From contig CALNXW010000016.1 in NCBI GenBank assembly GCA_942490685.1, forward strand, positions 2,341,703 to 2,405,702: a stretch of DNA of 64,000 nucleotides, read 5' to 3'. Positions 31,731 through 41,686 of the stretch are shown in pieces (positions within the stretch are counted from its first letter, which is position 1; each line of letters begins with the position of its first letter). This stretch comes from an uncultured bacterium (GTDB lineage Bacteria; Bacteroidota; Ignavibacteria; Kapaibacteriales; UBA2268). Both the position numbers and the translations under genes were made by a program. The notes under the pieces are model-generated. The model was not told where the DNA came from, searched no databases, and saw only the letters and a list, made by a program, of their open reading frames with translations.

Positions 31731-33089
31731 CTATTCTACAGCGAAACCAAACATCCTTTTCTCCAATTCATTATCTACAACTAAATAATAGATACCTGTT
31801 TTAAGGCTGATTGTATTTATTCTTTTAGTTGCAAATCCGGAGTTTGGATCATATTCAATATCGTCATCAAGATTCTTTATTAGCTGCCCCATGTAGTTAT
31901 ATATTTTAAAATCTACACTAGCTCTAGTGCTGGGCTTTAAATAAAACTTGACATTAGTGTATGTTTTTGCTGGGTTAGGATATACTTTTATTGGTACTAT
32001 TGAGGGGAAAGCCTCAACTGAGTTTCCATTTGGAATATATTCAACCACTTTGGAATAAGTTTTTCCGTTTTCTTCAAAAATGCCAGAAAGCCAAGTGCTG
32101 TTTCTTCCGGAGTTTTGGACTCTATACACAACTTTGAACCCTTCATGCTCCAGATGTTCGTAGTTATAACTATCTATCCGCTTGTATTTTACGATACCTT
32201 TTTTGAGAGTAAAAATTGAAACATAAATATTACCTTCACCATCAAAAGTTGCATCAGGTTCTAACAAATATTTGCCGTCAGAAATTACTACATCAGGGTG
32301 ATATTCTAATAAGCTGGTTTTAGATAAATCTATTACTTCAAAATCGTGTGTGATCAAATTAAATATCGCTATTCTTTGTTGAGGTCCAATAAACAGTAAT
32401 GTATCTCCGCTAATGCGAAGTCTTCTTGTTGCTAACCATGTCAAATTATTAGTGTCGATTATAGAATCAACATCAATCGTCCATCTTTCCTGATCGGAGT
32501 AATAATAGATCTTCTGTTCTGCATGACCCAAGTAGAGAAATCCTTGATCATAAGGAAGAAAATTAGCCGGTCCGAGATTCCATTTATGGATGTGTACAGA
32601 ATCTAAAGGTAAAGAGTCTAATTTGAAAGTTCGATCATCAAAAGTATAAATATTTCCCCAGAATCCGCTGAACCAAAACTTGTGATTATTATAACCGGTT
32701 GTATTTTTATATTTGAATTTCGATGACAATTGATATTTATTTATCACAATAGTAGTATCATCATTAAAAAAGCAAAAGTAAGAACTGTCTTTTGTACCAA
32801 AAGAAGTCATCTTGATATTTTCGCCGAAATGAGTAAACTCTGGGATAATATACTCAATCTCATGTTTTTTTTCAGATGTTTCAAAAGTATCAATAATTTC
32901 CCATGTTCTGTTTTGCTCGTCTACTACAGCAAAATCATTTCGTCCAAAGAAATACAACTGTCCTGAAGAATCTATTAAAGCTTTCCAAAACTCAAATCCA
33001 TCTCTAAACTCATAAGGTTCATCGTAATGTTGTGAGAATATGGAAGTGTATCCTAAGAACATAAAAAACAAAAGTAGTATAGATTTCAT
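31731..33089 (-). CDS. T9SS-CTD secreted protein, family copy 3
   Basis: Near-identical to copies 1 and 2, with a variable patch (TTIVINKYQLSSKFKYKNTTG versus TTIVYNALQISSKFDFKNTTG). The ORF-track start at 33176 is over-extended. Confidence 0.7.
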   Translation of the reverse strand: MKSILLLFFMFLGYTSIFSQHYDEPYEFRDGFEFWKALIDSSGQLYFFGRNDFAVVDEQNRTWEIIDTFETSEKKHEIEYIIPEFTHFGENIKMTSFGTKDSSYFCFFNDDTTIVINKYQLSSKFKYKNTTGYNNHKFWFSGFWGNIYTFDDRTFKLDSLPLDSVHIHKWNLGPANFLPYDQGFLYLGHAEQKIYYYSDQERWTIDVDSIIDTNNLTWLATRRLRISGDTLLFIGPQQRIAIFNLITHDFEVIDLSKTSLLEYHPDVVISDGKYLLEPDATFDGEGNIYVSIFTLKKGIVKYKRIDSYNYEHLEHEGFKVVYRVQNSGRNSTWLSGIFEENGKTYSKVVEYIPNGNSVEAFPSIVPIKVYPNPAKTYTNVKFYLKPSTRASVDFKIYNYMGQLIKNLDDDIEYDPNSGFATKRINTISLKTGIYYLVVDNELEKRMFGFAVE

Positions 33090-33231
33090 AATATCTTTTT
33101 TAATATATGAGTATAAATAATTAAATAATAACCGGACACATTCCAAATAGTTACATATAACACCCAAAAAAAACACCCAGGTTGAAAAAACTGTGGGTGT
33201 TTAATTAGGGAATTGTTCTCAATTTAGATTT

Positions 33232-34629
33232 CTACTCTACAGCGAAACCAAACATTTTTGACTCAACGCCATTATTGATATGTAGATAATAAATTCCTGT
33301 GCGATACTTTGATGACTGTATTGTTTTGGTTGCATAAAATCTGCTGTTGTCATATTCCACTTCTTTATCCAATTTGTCCACCTGATTGCCCATATAGTCA
33401 TAAATCGTAAATTCAAGATCATCTATCAAATCAGGGCGAATGTAAAACTGCACTTTAGTTTGAGTTTTTGTCGGATTTGGATATGTGCGCAAAGTTATCA
33501 TTGACGGAACCGATTCTACTGAATTACCTTCAGGGAAGTAAGGAATTGCAACCCAGTTTGTATCAGAGTTCGGATTTTTATAAGGGCCGTATAACCAAAC
33601 ATAGTCAAAAGGTGTAGAAATAACTGATCTAGACTCGAATAAAAGCTCTGATTTTAGTTCTTTGCATATCCTGTCTTTATCCACCCTGAAAACAGCCGGT
33701 GCACTTTTCCCAAAAGAATAGTATGATAAATATATATCATGATTACTACCTATATGAATATATCCTGGAATCTTTTTATCTTTTGCCAAATCTTCTTCAA
33801 GATGTTTTCCTACTATTCCTTTTGTAAGGTCTATAAACTCTGTTTCATATGTCTTCAAATCAAATATTACCACATGCACCCTTGTGTCTAAAATATAAAG
33901 CTTATCATCTCTCAATTCTACATTATACAAATCGCTGTATTTCGGAGACGCTACTTTAAAAATTGAATCTGCATTGATAGTATAGCTTGTATCTTTGGAA
34001 AAGAAATGTAATTCCTTCCTGTTCTGAGTAAAATACAGCAATCCATTTTGGTATGAATTAATTGCTGAACCAAAAGTATGATATGTCTTAACTATTGTTC
34101 CGTCTATTGGAATAGAATCAATTTCAAGAGTATTCTCATCAAAGCTTAGTAAAAATTTGATATTCCCAAAAAACCAATATTTGCCATCTGAATACTCAGC
34201 ATCAATTATATATTTGTAATGTGGATGCAATTCCCCCTCTCTATATAACCAGGACAAAGTAGTATCCTGATTTTTAAACAGCAAATATGGTTTAAGACTA
34301 TCCTGTCCGTAATATCCAATTATCTTTGGTGCAACAATTGCCATATGAGATTTATTACTATAACCAATTGGATTGTATAAATACGACTCGCAAGTTGTAT
34401 CTTTTAAAGCAAAATGAGTATGTCTTACTAAAGTGTCAGACAAATCCTTATAGCTATGTAGTGGAGTGTGACCGGCGATGTAGCATATATTAGAAGAATC
34501 CATGTAAAATCTTTCGAAAGGATTTCTCTTGAGTTTAGTAAAATATGGCTTACCATAATAATCACTTAGCAAAATAGAAGGAAAACTTATCGTAAATAAA
34601 ATAAAGAGTATTATTGTTCTCATCTGCAC
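33232..34629 (-). CDS. T9SS-CTD secreted protein, diverged family copy 4
   Basis: Same architecture and a homologous C-terminal sorting domain (TYPNPTKTQTKVQFYI...TGIYYLHINNGVESKMFGFAVE), but a diverged body. Confidence 0.65.
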   Translation of the reverse strand: MQMRTIILFILFTISFPSILLSDYYGKPYFTKLKRNPFERFYMDSSNICYIAGHTPLHSYKDLSDTLVRHTHFALKDTTCESYLYNPIGYSNKSHMAIVAPKIIGYYGQDSLKPYLLFKNQDTTLSWLYREGELHPHYKYIIDAEYSDGKYWFFGNIKFLLSFDENTLEIDSIPIDGTIVKTYHTFGSAINSYQNGLLYFTQNRKELHFFSKDTSYTINADSIFKVASPKYSDLYNVELRDDKLYILDTRVHVVIFDLKTYETEFIDLTKGIVGKHLEEDLAKDKKIPGYIHIGSNHDIYLSYYSFGKSAPAVFRVDKDRICKELKSELLFESRSVISTPFDYVWLYGPYKNPNSDTNWVAIPYFPEGNSVESVPSMITLRTYPNPTKTQTKVQFYIRPDLIDDLEFTIYDYMGNQVDKLDKEVEYDNSRFYATKTIQSSKYRTGIYYLHINNGVESKMFGFAVE

Positions 34630-34653
34630 ACCTTTAGTTTCTTTTATAAAGTT

Positions 34654-34680
34654 GAGCCGACTCTTAGTTAAAGTCGGCTC
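34654..34680 (-). terminator. Hairpin terminator downstream of the Cys-rich gene fragment
   Basis: GAGCCGACT-cttagttaa-AGTCGGCTC, a 9-bp perfect stem. It lies between the reconstructed stop at 34693 and the copy-4 start. Confidence 0.45.
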
Positions 34681-34692
34681 GGAAATATTTAT

Positions 34693-34900
34693 TTATTCGC
34701 AAATAACATTACATTCAACTTCTACAGGCACAGGAGGGATTAAATCCATAGAATTTACTATAACTGTTCTAGGACAACCTCCTTCAATTCCTTTAGTAAC
34801 CCCCTGATACTCGGTAGCTAGCTGCATATGTCCAAATTCGTTCGGTTTGTAACATAGTTTATATTCATATTCACAAATACCAGTTTTTTCAGTACATTGG
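34693..34900 (-). pseudogene. C-terminal fragment of a Cys-rich secreted protein gene split by IS21 copy B
   Basis: Reading the minus strand in frame across the IS gives ...KVSQ|CTEKTGICEYEYKLCYKPNEFGHMQLATEYQGVTKGIEGGCPRTVIVNSMDLIPPVPVEVECNVICE*. The frame continues exactly from ORF 37257..37724 once the IS and one copy of the ATTGG duplication are removed. Confidence 0.7.
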
Positions 34901-35005
34901 TCTCAATTCCCTCCGAAAATTGACCCACTTTTCCCGCTGAAAATTGACCCACCATTTGCTAACTAATCCTGCATAAGATTGACTTCAAATGCAGGAGGGA
35001 AATAG

Positions 35006-36476
35006 GTGATAACAGTGGAAGATTGGGTAACTATCCGAAATTTGAAAAATCATAACCCTGATTTGGGTACACGCAAGATTGCTAAGCTGCTTAATGTTAG
35101 TCGCAATACGGTTAAATCAGCTCTAAAGAAGGATTCTGCTCCACAATATACGCGCGAGTGCAGTGCAAATCCTTTTCTGATGCCGTTTGAGGAATACATT
35201 TCTGAGAGTTTAAATAAGAAAAGACTTCGTAAAAGCAGAGTATTAGCTGATATTCGAGCAAAAGGCTATACCGGCTCTCAAAGTGCTTTTTACAGGTATT
35301 GTGAGAAGATGTCAGCGCAAGAAAAGCCATCATTCAAGCCTTACGAAACGTCTCCCGGCTTTCAGGCACAATATGACTGGAGTCCTTATACAGTAATGAT
35401 TGGCGGTAAGTTAGTCAAATTATATGTATATCAGTATATCCATGGTTTCAGTCGGCATCGTGTGTTGGAAGCGGCTCTCAGTGATACTATGGCGAGTATA
35501 TTGGAAGCGTTGGAAAATTCCATCATCGAATCCGGTGGCGTTTGTGAGCAAATTCAAACAGACAACGCAACAAGCTTTGTAACAAATGCCTCAAAGGATA
35601 ACTTCCAATGGAATAAGCGTTATCTGGCATTTTGCGGACATTACGGCTTTAAGCCAACTCGCTCTCTATTCTGCACATCCTTGGTCAAAAGGCAAGGTAG
35701 AACGCCCTTTTGCATACCTCGAAGATCATTTTATCAAAGGCAATGAATATGAATCCTTCGAAGATTTCTGCCAAAAACTAAAGGATTTTCAGGATAAAGT
35801 CAATTCCAGAGTGCATTCGACAACAAAAGCAAAACCTATCGAGCTTTTTGCAAAAGAGAAAGAATACCTGTCAATTCTTCCGGAATCACGCTATGTAAGC
35901 GTCAAAGAGGAAGTTCGCAAAGTAAGTGCAGACTGCCTGATTTCATTCATGGGATGCCGCTACAGCGTGCCATATTTGTTTGTTGGCAAGCAGGTTTGGG
36001 TCAAGGTCTCTAAAGGCAGCTATATCGAAGTATATTCAACAAAAAGCAAGCTCATAGCCCGTCACAAGCTCAGTTTAGAGAAAGGTAAAATTATCATGCT
36101 GGACTCTCACTATAAGAATCACAGCATAGAAAAAGGAAGTTGGAAACGTCTGGCTATGAGTTTTAGCAAGAAATTCCCTGATTTTGCCTGGTTTTTGGAC
36201 AAACTATATGCACAAAAGAGAATAAATCCTGCATATCACCTTACAAGAATCATGGATACAGCTATGTATTTTGAGCATAAAGATATGGAAGCAGCTTTTC
36301 TTAAATGCCGTGATTATAACATCTTTAACTCAAAGTTTGTAAGAGCTTATGTAGAGAATAATGCTAAAGATGCTCCGGTAGAGCCTGTACGCATAGAAAC
36401 CATGATAAACAAACCAATAGAAGAAGTCAATATCGTGCGAAATCTGGATTATTACAACAATCATTTTGGAGGCTAA
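35006..36476 (+). pseudogene. istA: IstA transposase, copy B, disrupted by a +1 frameshift
   Basis: The two ORFs 35006..35746 and 35586..36476 together equal copy A IstA. Copy A reads ctctacctgcaca where copy B reads ctctattctgcaca (one extra base), breaking the frame at ...GFKPTRSL|PAHPWSKG. Confidence 0.8.
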
Positions 36477-37218
36477 AATGCAGGCATACGACAAATTAGA
36501 TGAATATCTCAAAACGCTGACTCTGCCTTGGATTAGACAGAATTATAAGTTAGAGGTGGAAAATGCAGCTAAAGCCAAGCTTAGTTATGCAGAATTTCTC
36601 TTTAAAATCATGCAGGAAGAAGTAATCTCGAAGCTTGACCGCTCTATCAACAGAAGAGTACAAACAGCCGGATTCCCTCAAATAAAGCATTTTGAGAGCT
36701 TTGATTTTTCTTTTCAACCAAAGATTGACGAAAAGCTTTTGAGAGAACTCACGCAACTGCAATTTATGGATGAGGCAAAAAATATTATCTTTCTCAATCC
36801 TCCGGGTGTTGGCAAAACGCATCTTGCCATATCCATTGGGATTAAAGCCTGTCAGCAGAGAAAAAGAGTTGCATTTTACACAACAGAGCAGCTAATGAAA
36901 GCTTTTGCCGAAGCAGAAATGATTGGTCAACTGCAAAGACTGCTAAACACATTAGACCGGCTTGATCTGCTTATAATCGACGAACTCGGCTATCTTGAGC
37001 TTACAAAGAAAACTGCATCATTTTTCTTCAGGCTGATTGCTGCAAGATACGAACGAAAATCTACGATTATTACATCGAACAAGTCCTTTGATAAATGGGG
37101 TGATATATTCCAGGATGACGTGGTCGCATCTGCCATTTTAGACAGACTTTTGCATCACTGCTATCCGTTTTTTATCAATGGAAAAAGTTTTAGAGTGAAG
37201 GATATTATAAATAAATAA
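36466..37218 (+). CDS. istB: IS21-family helper ATPase IstB (copy B)
   Basis: 250 aa, with about three substitutions relative to copy A. Confidence 0.9.
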   Translation: MEAKMQAYDKLDEYLKTLTLPWIRQNYKLEVENAAKAKLSYAEFLFKIMQEEVISKLDRSINRRVQTAGFPQIKHFESFDFSFQPKIDEKLLRELTQLQFMDEAKNIIFLNPPGVGKTHLAISIGIKACQQRKRVAFYTTEQLMKAFAEAEMIGQLQRLLNTLDRLDLLIIDELGYLELTKKTASFFFRLIAARYERKSTIITSNKSFDKWGDIFQDDVVASAILDRLLHHCYPFFINGKSFRVKDIINK

Positions 37219-37279
37219 TTATATTGGGGTGGGTCAATTTTGCTGACAAAAACGGGTCAATTTTCAGAGGGAAAGAACA

Positions 37280-37724
37280 ATTGGCTTACTTTATAAGTAA
37301 GTCTTGGACCTCCTGTATGATTATCAATATATCTATATGGATCTGTCCAACAGCTTGAGCTTGTAACAACAACTATATTATCATCTCCCATATACGGCTC
37401 ATCACACGGATATAGATCCATTCCAGGAAAAGACTCCAATATAGGAGCAACTAATCTTGCAACTTCTGACATTATTATATCATAATCATGCAAAAATACT
37501 TCTTTTGCGAAGTTTAAATCACACTCAAGAGAGTTTGTTGCAAAGTACCAGTTTTTAATGTAAATATATGGTAGAGATAGTGGAGTTCCTTCTCCTCTAT
37601 CAACCCAACAGTATTCTATCCAAAGTTCACAGCAATCTGTTAAATCTCTTATTTTCATAAAGCCACCATAATTTGGATAGCCTGCCGGACAATCCTGTGC
37701 ATCAGAATTACTTGAAAAAAACAC
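37280..37724 (-). pseudogene. N-terminal part of the Cys-rich secreted protein gene split by IS21 copy B
   Basis: The ORF-track protein (155 aa, many Cys: DCPAGY, CCELWIEYCW, CDEPYMGDD, SSCW) ends with 7 aa (LFFPSEN) encoded by the IS terminus. The upstream frame has a signal-peptide-like VVALLFLVFFSSNSDA, but the only ATG upstream (MKYYFKPSL) is in another frame. So the start is GTG, or there is an additional frameshift. Confidence 0.6.
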
Positions 37725-38122
37725 TAAAAATAATAGTGCTACAACGAAGGTTTGAAATAATATTTCATAATTTATACCTCTAAGTATAATGTAACAAATC
37801 TATTCAATACTTTATTGAATAGTAGCAATCGGGCTAAGCAAGCTGCCACTTGCTTAGCCTAGTTTTTTACAATTAACATATTTTGACTATGTTAATTATC
37901 AACGTCAGTTAACTGAACCGATTTAAATATACAGATTGATTTTATTATTTCCAAGATATTATTTCTTTTTTCTTGCTATTTTTTTTTTTGATTTCATTAT
38001 TTATCTATATCATACCTACCAATTTCACATGTTTTTTATACTCATTGAATATTATATATTTAAATTTGCATATCTCACAAAACTGTTTTATATCATATAT
38101 ATTAATATGACAATTCGAGAAT

Positions 38123-38845
38123 GTGATGCACACAAAACTTATCACTAATGCAGAAGTATCTGCCCACCAGGCAGACTATCTAAAACGACTAAAGCTCAGC
38201 AGCTTCTTTGATATAATGCAGGATGGCGCGTACAAAAATGCAGATGATTATGGCTATGGCTTCTATGATATGGAAAACAAAGGTCTTATTTGGGTGATCT
38301 CCAGAATAAAAGTAGTGTGGGAAAATGATGCTTATTTTGAAGACAAACTCAAATTCTCTACTTGGGCAAAAGGGCTTGAAAGATTATTTTTTAGGCGTGA
38401 CTATCTGCTGGAATCAGAATCTAATGTAGTTGCCAAAGCAACAGCACTTTGGCTAATCGTAGAAGAAAAAACAAGACGACCACAAAGGCCAAGCGTACTT
38501 ACTAATTACCATACAAAATTTATTGATGAAAGCATTCTGGATGAAATTCCAAGGAAAATTGACATTTTAGAAGACACCGATTTTGTTTTTAGCAAAACAG
38601 TAAGGCATTGTGACATAGATCTAAATGGTCACATGAATAATGAGAGATATGTGGAGCTTGCATTAGACACTCTCCCCAAAGAATACTTTGAAAGAAAACT
38701 AAAAACATTCGAAATCGAATTTAAACAAGAGTCTAAGTTTGGTGATGAATTAATCATGACCAGAAAAATTTTAGACAATTCAGTTTATGTTAGAGCGTGT
38801 AATGACATAGGGGAATGCGTATTTGCTTCAATATTTGAGTATTGA
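38123..38845 (+). CDS. Acyl-[acyl-carrier-protein] thioesterase (FatA/B-like, PF01643 type)
   Basis: 240 aa with a double hotdog fold. Matching segments include LIWVISRIKVVWENDAYFEDKLKFSTWA and the catalytic region CDIDLNGHMNNERYVE. Confidence 0.75.
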   Translation: MMHTKLITNAEVSAHQADYLKRLKLSSFFDIMQDGAYKNADDYGYGFYDMENKGLIWVISRIKVVWENDAYFEDKLKFSTWAKGLERLFFRRDYLLESESNVVAKATALWLIVEEKTRRPQRPSVLTNYHTKFIDESILDEIPRKIDILEDTDFVFSKTVRHCDIDLNGHMNNERYVELALDTLPKEYFERKLKTFEIEFKQESKFGDELIMTRKILDNSVYVRACNDIGECVFASIFEY

Positions 38846-39043
38846 TGTAGTTAATGATAGTCTAATGCTGCAGGGTATTCTCAGTAAGCTACAACATGCT
38901 GCTGCACTTTTTCCGTTTACGTCAGAAAGCAATAATTTTCAAGGTCTGAAAGTTGATAAATTCTGTGGACATCATCTTTTTTCTGATAGAGAGAATAGTA
39001 TAACAAGTAACAATATAGTTCACACACTAATAAATTAACGCAC

Positions 39044-40003
39044 ATGAAAAGAATAGGTATTTTAACTAGCGGGGGCGATGCTCCTGGCATGAATGCTCAC
39101 GTAAGAGCAGTAGTTCGCACAGGACTATCCAGAGGTGTAGAAGTCTATGGAATTATTGGCGGTTATTCCGGCATGATTGAAGGTAACTTCGAAAAGCTTG
39201 GAAGAAAAGAAACTGCTAATATTATAGCTCGCGGCGGTACTATATTAAAAACAAGCCGCTCAAAAGAGTTTATGAATGCCGGCGGACGTGCTGCTGCTGC
39301 AGACAGCATCAGAGAAGCTGGGATTGAAGGTATTGTAGCTTGCGGCGGTAACGGCACTCTTCAGGGAGCTCATGCCCTTTGGGAAGAGCACGGAATTCCT
39401 ATTGTAGGCACTCCCGGCACAATTGACAATGATCTTTACGGCACTTACTACACTATAGGCTACGACACTGCTCTTAATACTGCTGCCGGGGCAATTGACA
39501 GGATTCGCGACACAGCCGATTCGCACGGTAGAGTATTCTTGATTGAAGTTATGGGCCGACATGCAGGATTTATTGCCATGGATGTTGGTATCGCTACAGG
39601 TGCTGAATTTATAGCTGTGCCTGAATCACTTACAAACATGGATACACTATATCAAAGAATATTGAAACAAGGCAAAACGCGCAGAACAATAGTTATAGTT
39701 GGCGAAGGTGATGAAAACGGTGGTGCAAACAAAATGGCTGAAGTGCTTCAGGAAAAATATGATATCAACCCAAAAGTAACTATACTTGGCCATATTCAGC
39801 GTGGTGGCAGCCCTACTGTGAGAGATAGAGTTCTTGCCAGCCATCTGGGCGTGGAAGCAGTACACGCTCTTCTTGATGGAAAAACTGATGTGATGATAGG
39901 TAGAAAATATCACGAAATCCAGTACACCCCACTCAAAGATACCTGGACTAAAAAGAAAGAACTATGGAAATACTTAATTGATCTTTCTGAAATATTGATA
40001 TAA
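39044..40003 (+). CDS. pfkA: ATP-dependent 6-phosphofructokinase
   Basis: 319 aa. IGILTSGGDAPGMNA, IGGDGS-like GGNGTLQGA, and MGR/IVIVGEG motifs. Confidence 0.9.
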   Translation: MKRIGILTSGGDAPGMNAHVRAVVRTGLSRGVEVYGIIGGYSGMIEGNFEKLGRKETANIIARGGTILKTSRSKEFMNAGGRAAAADSIREAGIEGIVACGGNGTLQGAHALWEEHGIPIVGTPGTIDNDLYGTYYTIGYDTALNTAAGAIDRIRDTADSHGRVFLIEVMGRHAGFIAMDVGIATGAEFIAVPESLTNMDTLYQRILKQGKTRRTIVIVGEGDENGGANKMAEVLQEKYDINPKVTILGHIQRGGSPTVRDRVLASHLGVEAVHALLDGKTDVMIGRKYHEIQYTPLKDTWTKKKELWKYLIDLSEILI

Positions 40004-40024
40004 TAATAGATATCGTAATTGACT

Positions 40025-40065
40025 AAAATCTCTATTCTTCAAGTTGAAGAATAGAGATTTTTTTA
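40025..40065 (+). terminator. Rho-independent terminator of pfkA
   Basis: AATCTCTATTCTTCAA-gt-TGAAGAATAGAGATT, a 16-bp perfect stem followed by TTTTT. Confidence 0.8.
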
Positions 40066-40230
40066 GTAATTACGTCTATATATCTATTATATAGCCACAT
40101 TCATAAGTTCACTGAGCGACCGCAGGGAGTCGAAGTGTATCGCATACATCTGTAGTTAATTTGATATGGGTGGAATAATAGATGCTAATTTTGCGTTTAG
40201 ACTCGCATGGCTCGCTCAACGAACTTTAAA

Positions 40231-40268
40231 TTAAAAAAAAAGAGTAGGTCTATAGAGAACTACTCTTA
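40231..40268 (-). terminator. Rho-independent terminator of the 40283..41686 gene
   Basis: On the minus strand AAGAGTAG-ttctctatagac-CTACTCTT is followed by TTTTTTTTT. Confidence 0.65.
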
Positions 40269-40282
40269 CTGAAATTGTTTTT

Positions 40283-41686
40283 TTACTTACCCACAACAAA
40301 CTTCCCGGTATAGGTTTTATCTGAAAATTCAAGTTTAATAAAATATGTACCGGCAGATAAATTAAATTCTGCCAGATTGATATTTATATTAGCACTATTA
40401 GAAATCATAGATTTTGTAATACAAAGATTTCCAGTCAAATCCATAACTTTGAGTGTATAATCACCGATCACAGCATCATCTAACTCTATATTGATCTCAT
40501 CATTTGCAGGATTTGGGTAAATTCGAGTTGGATTTAATTTAGCTTCCTCCACTCCAATTTGGATGTAGTGATATAGTAACACAGTATCATTTGGAGTAAC
40601 ATCATCTGCTAAATACATACCAGCCTGAGCAAATTCACCTCTGCCGTAGCCACATAAAGCATGGGTTTTGTTAGGCATCTCAAACTTTTGAAGAAACGTA
40701 GTATCCCCTACCCTTCCTACGTAAACAGTTTTCGATTCTTCATATACAGCCTGAACAGGATGAGTAGCCTCGAAGTCAAGTACTATCAGTTCCGGAGGTA
40801 AATCTGTCTCTTCATTTTGATATGTAAATCTGTATTCTTCTAATTTATCAAGATTAAACCTTTCAATTTTGCCATTATCCGCATAAGATACTGCGGCTGT
40901 ATTATCATGTACTTCCAAATTTTTTGGAGTCCCGTCTAATTCTATTCTGCCGATCAAACCTAAATACTCATCGCTATATACTTCCAAAATAGCTTTGCCA
41001 TCTTCATTTTCTCCTAAAACGACTAATTTAGATTTATTGAAAGATGCATAAGTAAATTTGTGACTATATTTCACATCTACTATCTTATAAGGCAGCTTTT
41101 TGTTTGCAAGCATTTGATTATCTTTGAGCAGAACTATTTCATCTTGTGCTCCGCTTGTTATGCAAGCAGCAATGCAGTCTTTAGAGACTCTTACAAAATC
41201 AGCCTGAAAATTCATAATTGGACTTACTTCAAGCTCTTTAGTGTCATAGCCTCTACTTATATTACTGACTTTTATGATCTGTGAGTTATTAAGAAAATAC
41301 ATTTCTGCATCCTCGTATTGATCTTGATAGTCAAGTACAAAGAAATCTCCATTAAAAGGATAGCTAAAAGCTCCCATCTCAAAATCGTGGATTTTTTTTA
41401 CACTGCCAAAGAACTGATCAACATCTTCATACTCACCAGGATTAATAATTGGGGCTATGAACTGTTGACTAATCCATGCAGAAGGGTACTCGTCACCTTC
41501 ATCGAACTGTCCATTCCCGTTTTGGTCGATGCCCTCGCATAATATTAACAAGAATTCTCGACTTATTGTCTTAACACAGAAAGGTTTAGACCCAACTTTC
41601 AACTTTGCTCGAAATAAATCTTGCTTAGCCTGTGCATAGAATGAAGAAACAAATAAAAACACTAGTAGTAATACTATTTTTTTCAT
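40283..41686 (-). CDS. Secreted protein with T9SS C-terminal sorting domain
   Basis: Signal peptide, then a C-terminal ~80 aa CTD (RIYPNPANDEINIELD...GTYFIKLEFSDKTYTGKFVV). Confidence 0.65.
   Translation of the reverse strand: MKKIVLLLVFLFVSSFYAQAKQDLFRAKLKVGSKPFCVKTISREFLLILCEGIDQNGNGQFDEGDEYPSAWISQQFIAPIINPGEYEDVDQFFGSVKKIHDFEMGAFSYPFNGDFFVLDYQDQYEDAEMYFLNNSQIIKVSNISRGYDTKELEVSPIMNFQADFVRVSKDCIAACITSGAQDEIVLLKDNQMLANKKLPYKIVDVKYSHKFTYASFNKSKLVVLGENEDGKAILEVYSDEYLGLIGRIELDGTPKNLEVHDNTAAVSYADNGKIERFNLDKLEEYRFTYQNEETDLPPELIVLDFEATHPVQAVYEESKTVYVGRVGDTTFLQKFEMPNKTHALCGYGRGEFAQAGMYLADDVTPNDTVLLYHYIQIGVEEAKLNPTRIYPNPANDEINIELDDAVIGDYTLKVMDLTGNLCITKSMISNSANININLAEFNLSAGTYFIKLEFSDKTYTGKFVVGK

Larger units (their letters stand above)
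34901..37279 (+). mobile_element. IS21-family insertion sequence, copy B (istA frameshifted, istB intact), inverted relative to copy A
   Basis: 2379 bp and about 98-99% identical to copy A. The 5-bp target-site duplication ATTGG is at 34896-34900 and 37280-37284. The same GGGTCAATTTTC terminal repeats are present. Confidence 0.85.

Noticed and set aside
37822-37868. Hairpin GGCTAAGCAA/TTGCTTAGCC upstream of the Cys-rich gene
   Set aside because: No upstream plus-strand gene it could terminate. It could be a regulatory hairpin, but there is no further support.
37936-38148. ORF 37936-38148 (70 aa) upstream of the thioesterase gene
   Set aside because: Lies in extremely AT-rich, homopolymer-rich promoter DNA, and its product is Phe/Ile/Tyr-rich low complexity. 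Most likely non-coding.
40084-40094. Shared 10-mer GCCACATTCA between the IS30 left end (28084) and the intergenic region at 40084
   Set aside because: Similarity does not extend beyond ~10 nt and no matching right end is nearby. It is too short to call a solo inverted repeat or MITE.
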